Below, piece after piece: positions 8,941-17,799 of a DNA stretch of 47,083 nt; within the stretch, counting starts at the first letter, position 1; every line of letters begins with the position of its first letter. Made by a program: the position numbers and the translations under genes. The notes under the pieces are model-generated. The model was not told the DNA's origin. It worked only from the letters and a program-made list of their open reading frames with translations, and searched no databases. The stretch comes from a virus. Its lineage: Duplodnaviria; Caudoviricetes. Location of the stretch: IMG/VR virus record IMGVR_UViG_3300005804_000095, positions 1 through 47,083 of that record; one strand, written 5' to 3'.

Positions 8941-9213
8941 ATGGGCCCGGCGGAGTTCAAAATCATTATGGAGCGGCTGGATCGCCTGGAGTCACTGCTT
9001 ACGGGCAGGGAACCGCTCCCGGCGCCTCCTGTGAAAAAGCAGTTAAAGCCGACTTTGCCGGAAGTGCCTGAGTCCCCTGCGCGTCAACGGCTGAAAGAGA
9101 TGCAGGCAGAAGGGCACATTATCCTGGAAACCCAGGGTTTGAAGGCTTACAAGGAATTCTGGCAGCGTCAGGCCCGAAAGGCGCAACCGGGAAAGCGGAT
9201 GGTGAAGCGATGA
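8941..9213 (+). CDS. Hypothetical phage protein
   Basis: 90 aa, GGAGGGG RBS, within the early operon. Confidence 0.6.
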   Translation: MGPAEFKIIMERLDRLESLLTGREPLPAPPVKKQLKPTLPEVPESPARQRLKEMQAEGHIILETQGLKAYKEFWQRQARKAQPGKRMVKR

Positions 9214-9235
9214 GAAGCCTGCGAGGGGGTGACGC

Positions 9236-9370
9236 ATGAGCCGGGTCATGTGGCTGTTGCTGGTTCTGCTGGTACTGATGTACGGCGTTGCCGGCGATAT
9301 GGAGTATCGGGACCGGCAGGCGGTGGAATCGTCCGATGTTCATGCCGCCGAGGTGGTGGCGAGATGGTAA
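9236..9370 (+). CDS. Small single-TM phage protein (not in ORF track)
   Basis: MSRVMWLLLVLLVLMYGVAGDMEYRDRQAVESSDVHAAEVVARW; GAGGGGG RBS; overlaps the next start. Confidence 0.55.
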   Translation: MSRVMWLLLVLLVLMYGVAGDMEYRDRQAVESSDVHAAEVVARW

Positions 9371-9579
9371 CGGCACATGATGCGGTGAGGGCGGCGTTTG
9401 CCGAAGCTCGCGGTTGCATCGCACGCAACCAGGCGTCGAAGGTTCTTGCGCCGGACACCGTCTACTACTGGTCAGTGTATTTAGCCGCCCTGGAGGCGGT
9501 TGCGTTTCGGGCACGAGAGAATGCGCTGGCCGTGGAGATTACCGAGTTTCGAAGCAAGCTGAGAACGCTCAAGCAATGA
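9364..9579 (+). CDS. Hypothetical phage protein
   Basis: 3' part of track ORF 9229-9579; GAGGTGG RBS before ATG 9364. Confidence 0.5.
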   Translation: MVTAHDAVRAAFAEARGCIARNQASKVLAPDTVYYWSVYLAALEAVAFRARENALAVEITEFRSKLRTLKQ

Positions 9580-9746
9580 CACGTGCGGGGCGGCGTCCCT
9601 CCTACGCCGTGGGGCGGAATCTGCACCGCTCTTTCCCGTCTTTTTCTTCACCTCCGCCGCATTTATCAGAACGATGGCTCCTTGACCGAGTCTTGTCAGG
9701 TACCTGGCGGAGGGATTTTGCACACAGCTTTTCTGGAGGTGTGGTT

Positions 9747-10097
9747 ATGGCAGGCCTTGAAGACATGATACCAGGATTGCAGACGCACCGGATTGTTCCG
9801 GAGGAGCGGAAGCCCGCCTTTAACAACGAGAAGGCATCGCGTCTGGTTTCGGACGCCGTCTCCCTGCTGGCTTCCCTGTATCCTGCCGGCGCCATGGAGT
9901 GGATAGCTGCCAACCGTCCGGACATTGACAAGCACCTTAAGGAAATTACCGCAAATCTGGACAGGGCCGCGGCCGGCGATGACTTGAGCGCGTTTACCAA
10001 GGCCCTCGGTATCTACGTCGAAGCCCACAAGAAGGCTTTCGGGATTTACATGGCACGGCCGCCGGTTATCGAGTGCCAGGAAGGGTTGTTTGTCTGA
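9747..10097 (+). CDS. Hypothetical phage protein
   Basis: GGAGG RBS before ATG 9747; TGATG coupling to the primase gene. Confidence 0.65.
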   Translation: MAGLEDMIPGLQTHRIVPEERKPAFNNEKASRLVSDAVSLLASLYPAGAMEWIAANRPDIDKHLKEITANLDRAAAGDDLSAFTKALGIYVEAHKKAFGIYMARPPVIECQEGLFV

Positions 10098-11113
10098 TGG
10101 GCTATGCACTGGAACAACTTGGCCCGGACAAGTGCCGGGAGATTGCCGAAAGCCTGTTCAAGGTCGAGAAGCTGTACGGCGGCGTTAAGCTGCACGGTTT
10201 CTGCCCGATTCACGGCGACCAGAAGACCAGCTCGTTCGTCTACCATTTCGTTGAGGATTGGTTCAAGTGCCAGTCATGCGGGGCAGGGGGCGACCTGGTG
10301 AGGTTGTGGCAAGAGGTAACCGGCAAGGGGTTCAAGGATTTCAAGGAAGAGTTCGGGGATGGTGAGGTGTCGGCCGGCTCGACAAAACTCGCCAGAAGGC
10401 GAACAGCGCGGCCGAACACGGACAAGATTGACGAGAGTGACTGGGACCAGCAGCGGCTGCCGGAGGTGTTTGTCCAGGAGGAGGACCTCGAGGCCCTCCC
10501 GCCCCTCCCGGCGGAGCGGATCGCGGAGCTGAGGGAGCAGCGCGGCTGGTCTCCCCAGGTAGTCGATATTCTGGACCTGCGGGAGTACACGGATCCCCGC
10601 GGCGCGAAGCGCATTGCCATCCCGATTCGCGATGACCAGGGGCGTCTGTGCAATATCCGGCTGTATCAGCCGGGGGCGGACCAGTTCAAGGTTATTTCCT
10701 GGTATGACGCAACGTGCCCGGCCTGCGGCGGCAAGTGGAAGGTTACGGTTGACGGCAAGAGCAAGAAAAAGGCCTGCAAGGAGTGCGGGGCGCTGCCGAA
10801 CGATTACGGCAGGGCCCGGCTCTGGCCACCGCCATCCCAGTGGAGGCAGGGCCTGCTCTGGATATGCGAGGGCGAGCCGGACACGATTTGCGCGCTGTCA
10901 CAGGGCGTGAATGCGGTTACCCAGACGGCCGGGTGCGGGACCTGGCGTGACGAGTTTTCCCGGCTGATGGCGGGCCGTGACGTGGTGATTGCCTATGATG
11001 CCGACCAGGCCGGGCACAAGGGTGCGCATGTGGCAGGCGCGTTGATCGCGCAGCAGGCAAAGAGTGTGCGCGTGCTGGTATGGCCGGAGATGATGAGGGC
11101 GGAGCATGCTTAA
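10097..11113 (+). CDS. Phage DNA primase (CHC2 Zn finger + TOPRIM)
   Basis: CPIHGD...FKCQSCGAGGD Zn finger; ICEGEPD and IAYDADQAG TOPRIM motifs. Confidence 0.88.
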   Translation: MGYALEQLGPDKCREIAESLFKVEKLYGGVKLHGFCPIHGDQKTSSFVYHFVEDWFKCQSCGAGGDLVRLWQEVTGKGFKDFKEEFGDGEVSAGSTKLARRRTARPNTDKIDESDWDQQRLPEVFVQEEDLEALPPLPAERIAELREQRGWSPQVVDILDLREYTDPRGAKRIAIPIRDDQGRLCNIRLYQPGADQFKVISWYDATCPACGGKWKVTVDGKSKKKACKECGALPNDYGRARLWPPPSQWRQGLLWICEGEPDTICALSQGVNAVTQTAGCGTWRDEFSRLMAGRDVVIAYDADQAGHKGAHVAGALIAQQAKSVRVLVWPEMMRAEHA

Positions 11114-12629
11114 TCCCGTCCCTCCTTCCCACTACCCGAAAAACCATGGCCAGGACCTGACCGACTGGTTCGCCAGGCACGGACGGAGCGTTTCCGACCT
11201 GCACGACCTGCTGGCCCATGCCCTGGTCATCGAGCGCGACCAGGAACCGGAGCGGCCGGCGTCGGTGGAACGGTTTTTCCGTGGCAGGAAGTTCATGCCG
11301 GCGCTGCTGGCCCGGGCAATCATGGACGACTTGGACGTGGTGGCGGACCCGCTGACGGGCCTGGTGTACCGCTGGGAGGGGCGTTTCTGGGAGCAGTATG
11401 ATTTGTCCCACATCCGGAGCAAGGCGCTGCTGATGCTGCTTGACGAAGGCAACTCGGCCAAGGCCGCGGACGTGGCGAACATGATCCGCGACCTGTCGAC
11501 GCTGCCCCTGGGGCGCAAGATGAACGACCATGCGGACCTCATTTGCCTTAAGAGCGGGATGTTCAACCTGCGGACCGGCGAGCTGGCGCCGCATGCGAAG
11601 GATTTCTATGCGACGTATATGCTGCCGATAGACTTCGACCCCAGGAATGTTCCGGATTGTCCGACCTGGAAGCGCTGCCTGGAGCAGTGGATTGCCGAGT
11701 CGGCGACGGTCCGCGAGGCCCAGAAGTATGCCGGCTATTGCCTGACCCGGGAGACGCGCTACGAGAAGATGCTGATTCTGTTCGGCCCGGGCGGCGACGG
11801 CAAGTCGACGTTTATGAATATCCTGCGGGCGCTGGTGGGGCCGGATAACTGCTCACACATCCCCATGGGCCGCCTGGAGGACCAGTTCTATCTGTCCCGC
11901 CTGGTGGACAAGCTCATCAACATGAGCACGGAGATTGAGGCGAAGGCGATGCAAAGCCAGGAAATTAAGGCTATCGTGTCGGGCGACCCTATCTCCGCCG
12001 CTTTCAAGAACCAGACTCCCTTCGATTTCGAACCATTCTGCAAGCTCATTTACTCCACGAACCGTTTGCCGAAGATGCTGGACAACTCGGACGGTTTTTT
12101 TCGCAAAATCATGATTATCAAGTTCGAGGGCCAGTTCGTGAAGTCCGGCCAGGCCGATATCTTCCTTAAGGACAAGCTCCTCGAGGAGCTGCCTGGCATC
12201 TTTGCCTGGGCACTGATGGGCCTGGTGGAGCTGCGGCGGGAAGGCTTCAGGGAGACGGAGACGATGGCGGCCAGCCTGCATGACTACAAGCGCATCAACA
12301 ACAACGTGCTGTACTTCATCGAGCAGCATGTGGAGCCGGATCCGGCGGCCCGTGTGGTCAAATCCATGCTGTATGAGGAGTACGTGAAGCGCTGCAAGTC
12401 CTGGAACCTGATGCCCCTGGGAGAGCCGCAGTTTCGTGTTGAATTCTCGCGCCTACTGCGGGACCGGGGGATCAAGGTGTGGGACGGCAAGAAGGATGTC
12501 CCCGTAGACAGCGTGGGCACCACGAGGCGCGCAAATGCGTATTGTGGGTTTTCCCTCGTCGACGAGAAGCCGGAGGCCGAGGGGGGCGACCCCGCCCCAT
12601 TCCCCCTCCCCGCCGGAGGCCTGCCATGA
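11106..12629 (+). CDS. P4/D5-family SF3 helicase (primase-helicase C-terminal part)
   Basis: D5_N-like region, Walker A GPGGDGKST, KLIYSTNRLP, GFFRKI. Confidence 0.9.
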   Translation: MLNPVPPSHYPKNHGQDLTDWFARHGRSVSDLHDLLAHALVIERDQEPERPASVERFFRGRKFMPALLARAIMDDLDVVADPLTGLVYRWEGRFWEQYDLSHIRSKALLMLLDEGNSAKAADVANMIRDLSTLPLGRKMNDHADLICLKSGMFNLRTGELAPHAKDFYATYMLPIDFDPRNVPDCPTWKRCLEQWIAESATVREAQKYAGYCLTRETRYEKMLILFGPGGDGKSTFMNILRALVGPDNCSHIPMGRLEDQFYLSRLVDKLINMSTEIEAKAMQSQEIKAIVSGDPISAAFKNQTPFDFEPFCKLIYSTNRLPKMLDNSDGFFRKIMIIKFEGQFVKSGQADIFLKDKLLEELPGIFAWALMGLVELRREGFRETETMAASLHDYKRINNNVLYFIEQHVEPDPAARVVKSMLYEEYVKRCKSWNLMPLGEPQFRVEFSRLLRDRGIKVWDGKKDVPVDSVGTTRRANAYCGFSLVDEKPEAEGGDPAPFPLPAGGLP

Positions 12630-12661
12630 GAGTGTCAGCAAGGGTCATGCCGAAGGTAAGG

Positions 12662-12940
12662 TTGTCCGGCTTGTCCGGGCGTGTCCGGAGGGGGCGGACA
12701 GTGAAAAGCCTTGATAGTCAAGGCATGGCGGGTTTTGTCCGGAGTGTCCGGAGGATTTTCCATTGCCTTACATACGCGCACGCGCGCGTGGTGCTTTTTT
12801 CATTCAGCACAAGGGGTGATTATTTATTCCCTTGGGATAGTGAAAAGAACCGGACAAGCCGGACAGCGGTGTTAACTGAGCGCATTTATTAAATAAAAAC
12901 TGTCCGGGTAGGGCGGACAGCAATCGGACAAGCCGGACAG
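12662..12940. repeat. Inverted iteron array, probable phage replication origin
   Basis: Twelve TGTCCG/CGGACA units in mirror arrangement around ACGCGCACGCGCGCGT, directly after the helicase gene. Confidence 0.65.
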
Positions 12941-12948
12941 GGGCCGGA

Positions 12949-13587
12949 ATGTACAGCATCAAGGTGACCGGAATAAAAGAAACCAATGGCTATCTTGAGG
13001 CGGTGTCAAAGAATGAGATGCCGTTTGCCCTTGCAAAGGCGCTGACCACGACCGCGCAGGACGTCCAGGCCAGGATTATCGCCGACCTGCCCCGCAGGTT
13101 CACGCTTCGGACCAAGTGGTATCAGCCCAATACCCCCTTCGGATTCAAAATCGAGAAGGCGACGAAGACATCCCTGGTTGCGAAGGTCTACACCACGGCG
13201 CCTTGGATGCAGCTGCAGGAAACCGGTGGCATCAAGCGTGCCCAGGGAAAGCGGCTGGCCGTTCCCTTCGAGCAGAAGACGGGTAACCGTCCGGGCGTCG
13301 TGTTCGGGGTGAAGCGGACAAAGCGGGATCTCATCATGAAGAGCCAGAAACCTCAGGCCCTCGGAAGCAAGGCGTTCGTTATCAAGGGCCGCCGCGGGGA
13401 TCTCCTGGCAACCAGGACCGGCAAGGGTAAGCGGTCTGTGCTGCGGATCCTCTACGGTCTCGAGACCCAGGCAAACGTCCCCGCTCGGCTCAGGTTTGCC
13501 GAGACCGCCCAGGAGGTTGTCGACCGCGGCTGGCGTCGGACCTTCGAGGAGGCGATAGCCTTCGCCCTCAGGACCTCGAGGCGGTGA
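12949..13587 (+). CDS. Basic phage protein, minor tail protein Z / neck-like
   Basis: PFALAKALTTTAQDVQ N-terminal motif, Arg/Lys-rich, immediately before cos. Confidence 0.6.
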   Translation: MYSIKVTGIKETNGYLEAVSKNEMPFALAKALTTTAQDVQARIIADLPRRFTLRTKWYQPNTPFGFKIEKATKTSLVAKVYTTAPWMQLQETGGIKRAQGKRLAVPFEQKTGNRPGVVFGVKRTKRDLIMKSQKPQALGSKAFVIKGRRGDLLATRTGKGKRSVLRILYGLETQANVPARLRFAETAQEVVDRGWRRTFEEAIAFALRTSRR

Positions 13588-13608
13588 GCCGGCCGCCCCT
13601 GGGTGCGC

Positions 13609-13652
13609 GGGTCCTTCCCGGGGGGCACCCCGTGCGGTGACGCGCGACCGCA
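13609..13652 (+). other. cos site (cosQ + cosN-like)
   Basis: GGGTCCT (identical to lambda cosQ) at 13609-13615, 17-bp spacer, then dyad TGCGGT-GACGCGCG-ACCGCA; consistent with a gpA-type terminase. Confidence 0.75.
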
Positions 13653-13725
13653 ATAAACGTGTGAGATCAGACTTTTTCGAGTTCCGGAATTTTGTAACGC
13701 AATGACAAATCAGGGAGATTGCTGA

Positions 13726-14139
13726 ATGGTCACAATCGAGACGGCACTGCAGGTGGTAGTCAGGAGCGCGGCCTGGGCATGGATGTGCCGGGAATATCTG
13801 CCGGACGGGCCGGTTTGCCCCGGCTGCGGAGCTCCGATCACCGGGGCCCGGGCGTTCGCGGCGTTCCAGGAGTGCGGCCAGGTGTATTGCGCCGGCTGCG
13901 GCAAACGGTTTCGGGCCACAACCGGCACGCCTATTCACGAGACCAGCTGGCAGCCGGAAGAGTATCTGCAGTGTCTCATCCTTCACCTGGCTGGCAAGAG
14001 CTCGGCTGCCATCGGCGCCCATCTCGGGAAGTCCGGCCATGCCGTCCGCGACATGCTCGAGCGGGTCCAGCTGCGGCACAATCCGCCTCGGCTCCGGCCG
14101 TCATCCCCTGGAATGCGAGCTTGCAGCCCAGGGATATAA
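13726..14139 (+). CDS. Zn-ribbon + HTH protein similar to the IS1595 transposase N-terminus, lacking a DDE domain
   Basis: PDGPVCPGCG...YCAGCGKRFRATTGTPIHET then GKSSAAIGAHLGKSGHAV; GGGAG RBS. Confidence 0.65.
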   Translation: MVTIETALQVVVRSAAWAWMCREYLPDGPVCPGCGAPITGARAFAAFQECGQVYCAGCGKRFRATTGTPIHETSWQPEEYLQCLILHLAGKSSAAIGAHLGKSGHAVRDMLERVQLRHNPPRLRPSSPGMRACSPGI

Positions 14140-14201
14140 AGGGCGCGCGGCGCGGCGGGGGAGGGGCGAGGAGAACGGGCTTGAAACGTACAGGAGACCG
14201 T

Positions 14202-15326
14202 ATGGAAATCACGGTAAACAGGCTGGACCTCCAGCACACGTTGGGGAAAATCTTGGCGGCGGTGTCCAGGAACGCCAGCACACCGATACTGTCGCACGTC
14301 GAGCTCGTGGGTATGGCCGGCGGGCTGCAGCTGTCTGCAACCGACCTCAGGGTCCACGCAACCGCCGAATGCCGGGCGGACAGCGAAAAGTGGGGGGCGT
14401 GCGCCATCCCTGCGGACAAACTCCACGGCATCGTTAACAGCGCTGATGCCGAGCTGCTCACCATGTCCCTGGGGGATAACATGACCATGGAAATCAGCGG
14501 CGACACCAGGAAATTCTCCGTAATGTGTCTGAGCGCCGATGAGTTCCCTGCTTTCCCCCCGATACCGTCCAGCCGGCTGCAGATAGGGGCGGGGATCCTG
14601 CCCGACCTGATCACCGCCGTCGACCACGCCTCCGGCCGCGAGGCCAGCAAATACCACCTTTGCGGCGTCCACCTGGTCAGCGAAGGGAACCGCCTCACCT
14701 CGGTTGCCACCGACGGCCACCGCCTGGCGCTCGCCTCCCGGGAGATTCCCGACCTGGCAGACTGCATCAACCCTGGAATCACCTTGCCTGCTCCCGCCTG
14801 CAAGCTCGCCTCCGCCATAACCGGCGCCATCGAATATCGCATGGCCGGAGACGGGAACAATATCCACCTGTCCGGCGGAGGCCTCGGTCTCGCTGTGCGC
14901 CTCCTCGAGGGGCAGTTTCCTACTTTCCGGCGGGTTGTGCCGACGGACCTGGATGGAGCCTTCACTGTATCCGCCGTCGATTTCGCCAGCGCTATCGAGG
15001 CTTGCGGCGTCATGATAGAGGGGGAGTCCAAGAGCGTTAGGCTCGTCATGGCCGATGACACCCTCACCGTCTCCGCCCTCTCGCGGGTCGGCATTGCCTC
15101 CGCCACCATACCGGCCCTCGGGGACCCTGGCCTCGCCATCAGCGTCAATTCCCGTTTCCTGCTCCAGTCCGTCAAATCCCTGGGCGGTGAGATATTCGTC
15201 AAGTACAAAGACGGTCTGAGCCCGCTCATGTTGATACCGGTAGATCACGGTAAATGGGATGAACGGCTTGAAATCCTTATGCCGCTGAGGGACGGATCCT
15301 CGGTCACCGCCAAGCAGGAGGTATAG
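14202..15326 (+). CDS. dnaN: Phage-encoded DNA polymerase III beta sliding clamp
   Basis: 374 aa from ATG 14202 (AGGAG RBS); PILSHV, ATDL, DEFP, VATDGHRLA, RLLEGQFP, NSRFL, LMPLR motifs. Confidence 0.88.
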   Translation: MEITVNRLDLQHTLGKILAAVSRNASTPILSHVELVGMAGGLQLSATDLRVHATAECRADSEKWGACAIPADKLHGIVNSADAELLTMSLGDNMTMEISGDTRKFSVMCLSADEFPAFPPIPSSRLQIGAGILPDLITAVDHASGREASKYHLCGVHLVSEGNRLTSVATDGHRLALASREIPDLADCINPGITLPAPACKLASAITGAIEYRMAGDGNNIHLSGGGLGLAVRLLEGQFPTFRRVVPTDLDGAFTVSAVDFASAIEACGVMIEGESKSVRLVMADDTLTVSALSRVGIASATIPALGDPGLAISVNSRFLLQSVKSLGGEIFVKYKDGLSPLMLIPVDHGKWDERLEILMPLRDGSSVTAKQEV

Positions 15327-16694
15327 ATGCAGGTAGTTTATTGGCCGTTAGAAAAATTAATCCCTTATGCCCGCAATTCCCGTACGCACAGCACCGAGCA
15401 GATAGGCCAGATCGTTTCCCTTGTTCTCGAGTTTGGCTGGACAAACCCGGTACTAGCGGACTCCCAGGGGATAGTAGCAGGCCACGGCCGGGTCCTGGCC
15501 GCCGGGCAGATATACTCCGCCGGCAAGGGCATACGTCTCCCGGGAGGCGCCCCGATACCTGCAGGCACGGTTCCGGTCGTCGACTGCACTGGCTGGACAG
15601 AGGCCCAGCGCCGTGCCTACATCATCGCCGACAATGCCTCCGCAGAGCGGGCGGGATGGGATTACGACATCCTGAGACTCGAACTAAAAGACCTGCAGGA
15701 ACTCGATTTTTCTCTTGAACTGACCGGTCTCGAGCAGCTGGTGATTGATGACCTGCTCCGCCACATCGAACCCACCACGGGCCTCACCGACCCCGACGAG
15801 GTTCCTGATGTTCCTGTCGAACCGATTACCCGTCCCGGAGATTTGTGGCAGCTAAGCCATCATCGACTCCTGTGTGGCGATTGCACCAGCATTGATTGCC
15901 TTCAGACCTTGTTCGGTGGCGAGACAGCAGACATGGTATTTACAGACCCCCCTTATAATGTTGATTACAAAGGCGGCACGAAAGACGCGTTGAAGATACT
16001 CAATGATAAAATGTCTCACGACGCTTTTTATCGTTTCCTCTACGACTGTTTTTCCGCAGCCGCCTCAGTAGTCTCTCCTGGTACCCCCATCTATGTCTGT
16101 CATTCCGATTCCGAAGGGATCAATTTCCGTAAAAGCCTGATTGATTCCGGTTGGCTTGTGAAAAATTGCCTGAACTGGGTAAAAAATCATTTCAATCTTG
16201 GACGCATGGACTACCACATGCGACATGAACCGATTCTCTACGGTTGGAAAGCGGGCGGCCCGCATCGCTGGTACGGTGGAAGAAAGCAGGACTCTATCAT
16301 CGAGGAGATGCCTGGCCTCCGCATTACCCCCACTGAAGACGGAGCCGAGATATTCTTCGGCGACGGTGTCCGCTTCTGCAGCCTGAAGGTCCCATCTTAC
16401 GAGGTTGTTTCCACTTCGGACGATGCCGCCACTTCCATCTGGAAGGTAGACAAACCGCTCCGAAACGCCGAGCATCCCACAATCAAGCCGGTGGCTATTC
16501 CAGCCCGAGCCATAGAAAATTCTTCCAGAAATGGCGACCGCATCCTTGACTCATTTCTTGGCTCCGGCACCACACTGATCGCCTGCGAGCAGACGGGCCG
16601 CATCTGTTACGGCCTGGAGCTTGACCCTAAATACTGTGACGTCATCGTCCGCCGCTGGGAGCAATTCACGGGCAAGGAGGCGGTGCGCGTATGA
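15327..16694 (+). CDS. ParB-N domain + N4/N6 DNA methyltransferase
   Basis: LIPYARNSRTH/AGHGR ParB-like N-terminus; DPPY; HPTIKP; DSFLGSGTT. Confidence 0.9.
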   Translation: MQVVYWPLEKLIPYARNSRTHSTEQIGQIVSLVLEFGWTNPVLADSQGIVAGHGRVLAAGQIYSAGKGIRLPGGAPIPAGTVPVVDCTGWTEAQRRAYIIADNASAERAGWDYDILRLELKDLQELDFSLELTGLEQLVIDDLLRHIEPTTGLTDPDEVPDVPVEPITRPGDLWQLSHHRLLCGDCTSIDCLQTLFGGETADMVFTDPPYNVDYKGGTKDALKILNDKMSHDAFYRFLYDCFSAAASVVSPGTPIYVCHSDSEGINFRKSLIDSGWLVKNCLNWVKNHFNLGRMDYHMRHEPILYGWKAGGPHRWYGGRKQDSIIEEMPGLRITPTEDGAEIFFGDGVRFCSLKVPSYEVVSTSDDAATSIWKVDKPLRNAEHPTIKPVAIPARAIENSSRNGDRILDSFLGSGTTLIACEQTGRICYGLELDPKYCDVIVRRWEQFTGKEAVRV

Positions 16695-16909
16695 CCCTCT
16701 TCACCTGGCTCGTCACCGCTCTTAGCCTCGTCGGAGTCATCCTTAACATTCGCCATGACCGACGCTGCTTTTATCTCTGGACCGGTACCAACGTCGCATG
16801 GGCCGTTGTAGACTTTCATCGCGGCCTGTATGCACAGGCCGCGCTCTTTGCCGTCTACTTTGTCCTGGCGATTTGGGGGGTCATTGCCTGGAAGCGGAAG
16901 GTGCATTAA
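16691..16909 (+). CDS. Short PnuC-like membrane protein
   Basis: 72 aa, three hydrophobic segments, FYLWTGTN...GLYAQ...WG..AW pattern. Confidence 0.6.
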   Translation: MTLFTWLVTALSLVGVILNIRHDRRCFYLWTGTNVAWAVVDFHRGLYAQAALFAVYFVLAIWGVIAWKRKVH

Positions 16910-17794
16910 ATGAGTCAAGGCTTCAATGCCATCCTCGCGCAGAAAGAATCTCTCCTGAAGGTCGGCATTGCCAAGTCCATGAAGGCATACCAGGACGACC
17001 CAAGCGAGAAAAATCTTCGTGCCATTAAAGCCGCTGAAGCTGAACTCGCAGAGATCGTTGCCGCTCGAGAAAACGCCGAGGCCAACGTGCAAGGAAAAGC
17101 AAATACAACTGACTACCTCGCCCAGGAAGAGGCCCGCCTCCTCCAGAAGCGCGATGCCGCCCTGGAGGTTGTCCAAGCCAAACCCACCGGCGCCAACCGC
17201 AAGGCCTACCGCAAGGTGTGCCGCGAGCTCGAAGAATTCCTCCGAGCAAAACGGGAGCCAGATTCGGCAGAAACTGTCTTTGCCAACATCCTCGATGTAG
17301 TTCATCACTTGGACGCTGAGGGTTGGAAGATCTCCAAAAGTACCGCATACCACCACTGGAAGAGTGAAGGCAAAATAAAGGCCCGTTCTCAGGGCGGCTT
17401 TTCCCTCTCCGCGGTCCAGGAATATGCCCGGCACCACCTGCAGCGCAAAGACGGAACGAGCGGCAATGACGATGAAGACCTCCAATCGCAAAAGATTGCG
17501 GCCGAGGTCCGGCGGATCCTGAGCGATGCCGAAATGCGCGAGCTCAAGCTGCGGACTGCCAGGGGTGAATTGATTCCGAAAAGCCAGGTCGAGATCGAAC
17601 TGGCCGAGCGGGCCTCGAATCTGAAGACCTATTTCGCTGCCATCGCCCGCAGCTCCGCCGGCAGGATAATCAAGCTGGTCAAGGGCGACCCCCAACTGGC
17701 GCCGGAGTTGATTTCCTACCTGCTCGCGCTGAACAAGAAGGCGTTTGATAACTATGCGCGGCCAATACAGGGGATTGAGGAAGAGGAAGAATAG
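16910..17794 (+). CDS. Terminase small subunit-like protein
   Basis: Directly upstream of gpA; HTH (GWKISKSTAYHH) followed by ELKLRTARGELIPKSQV, as in Nu1-like proteins. Confidence 0.7.
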   Translation: MSQGFNAILAQKESLLKVGIAKSMKAYQDDPSEKNLRAIKAAEAELAEIVAARENAEANVQGKANTTDYLAQEEARLLQKRDAALEVVQAKPTGANRKAYRKVCRELEEFLRAKREPDSAETVFANILDVVHHLDAEGWKISKSTAYHHWKSEGKIKARSQGGFSLSAVQEYARHHLQRKDGTSGNDDEDLQSQKIAAEVRRILSDAEMRELKLRTARGELIPKSQVEIELAERASNLKTYFAAIARSSAGRIIKLVKGDPQLAPELISYLLALNKKAFDNYARPIQGIEEEEE

Positions 17795-17799
17795 CAAAT

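Noticed and set aside
12479-12892. 137-aa ORF over the iteron array
   Set aside because: Translation simply reflects the TGTCCGG repeats; no protein-like features.
12662-12940. CRISPR array
   Set aside because: Units are 6-7 bp, in both orientations, without regular spacers; no cas genes.
13726-14139. Intact IS1595 element
   Set aside because: No DDE domain, terminal inverted repeats or target duplication found.
13719-14201. 161-aa N-terminal extension making DnaN 535 aa
   Set aside because: Low-complexity out-of-frame reading of the Zn-ribbon gene; DnaN homology and a good RBS start at 14202.
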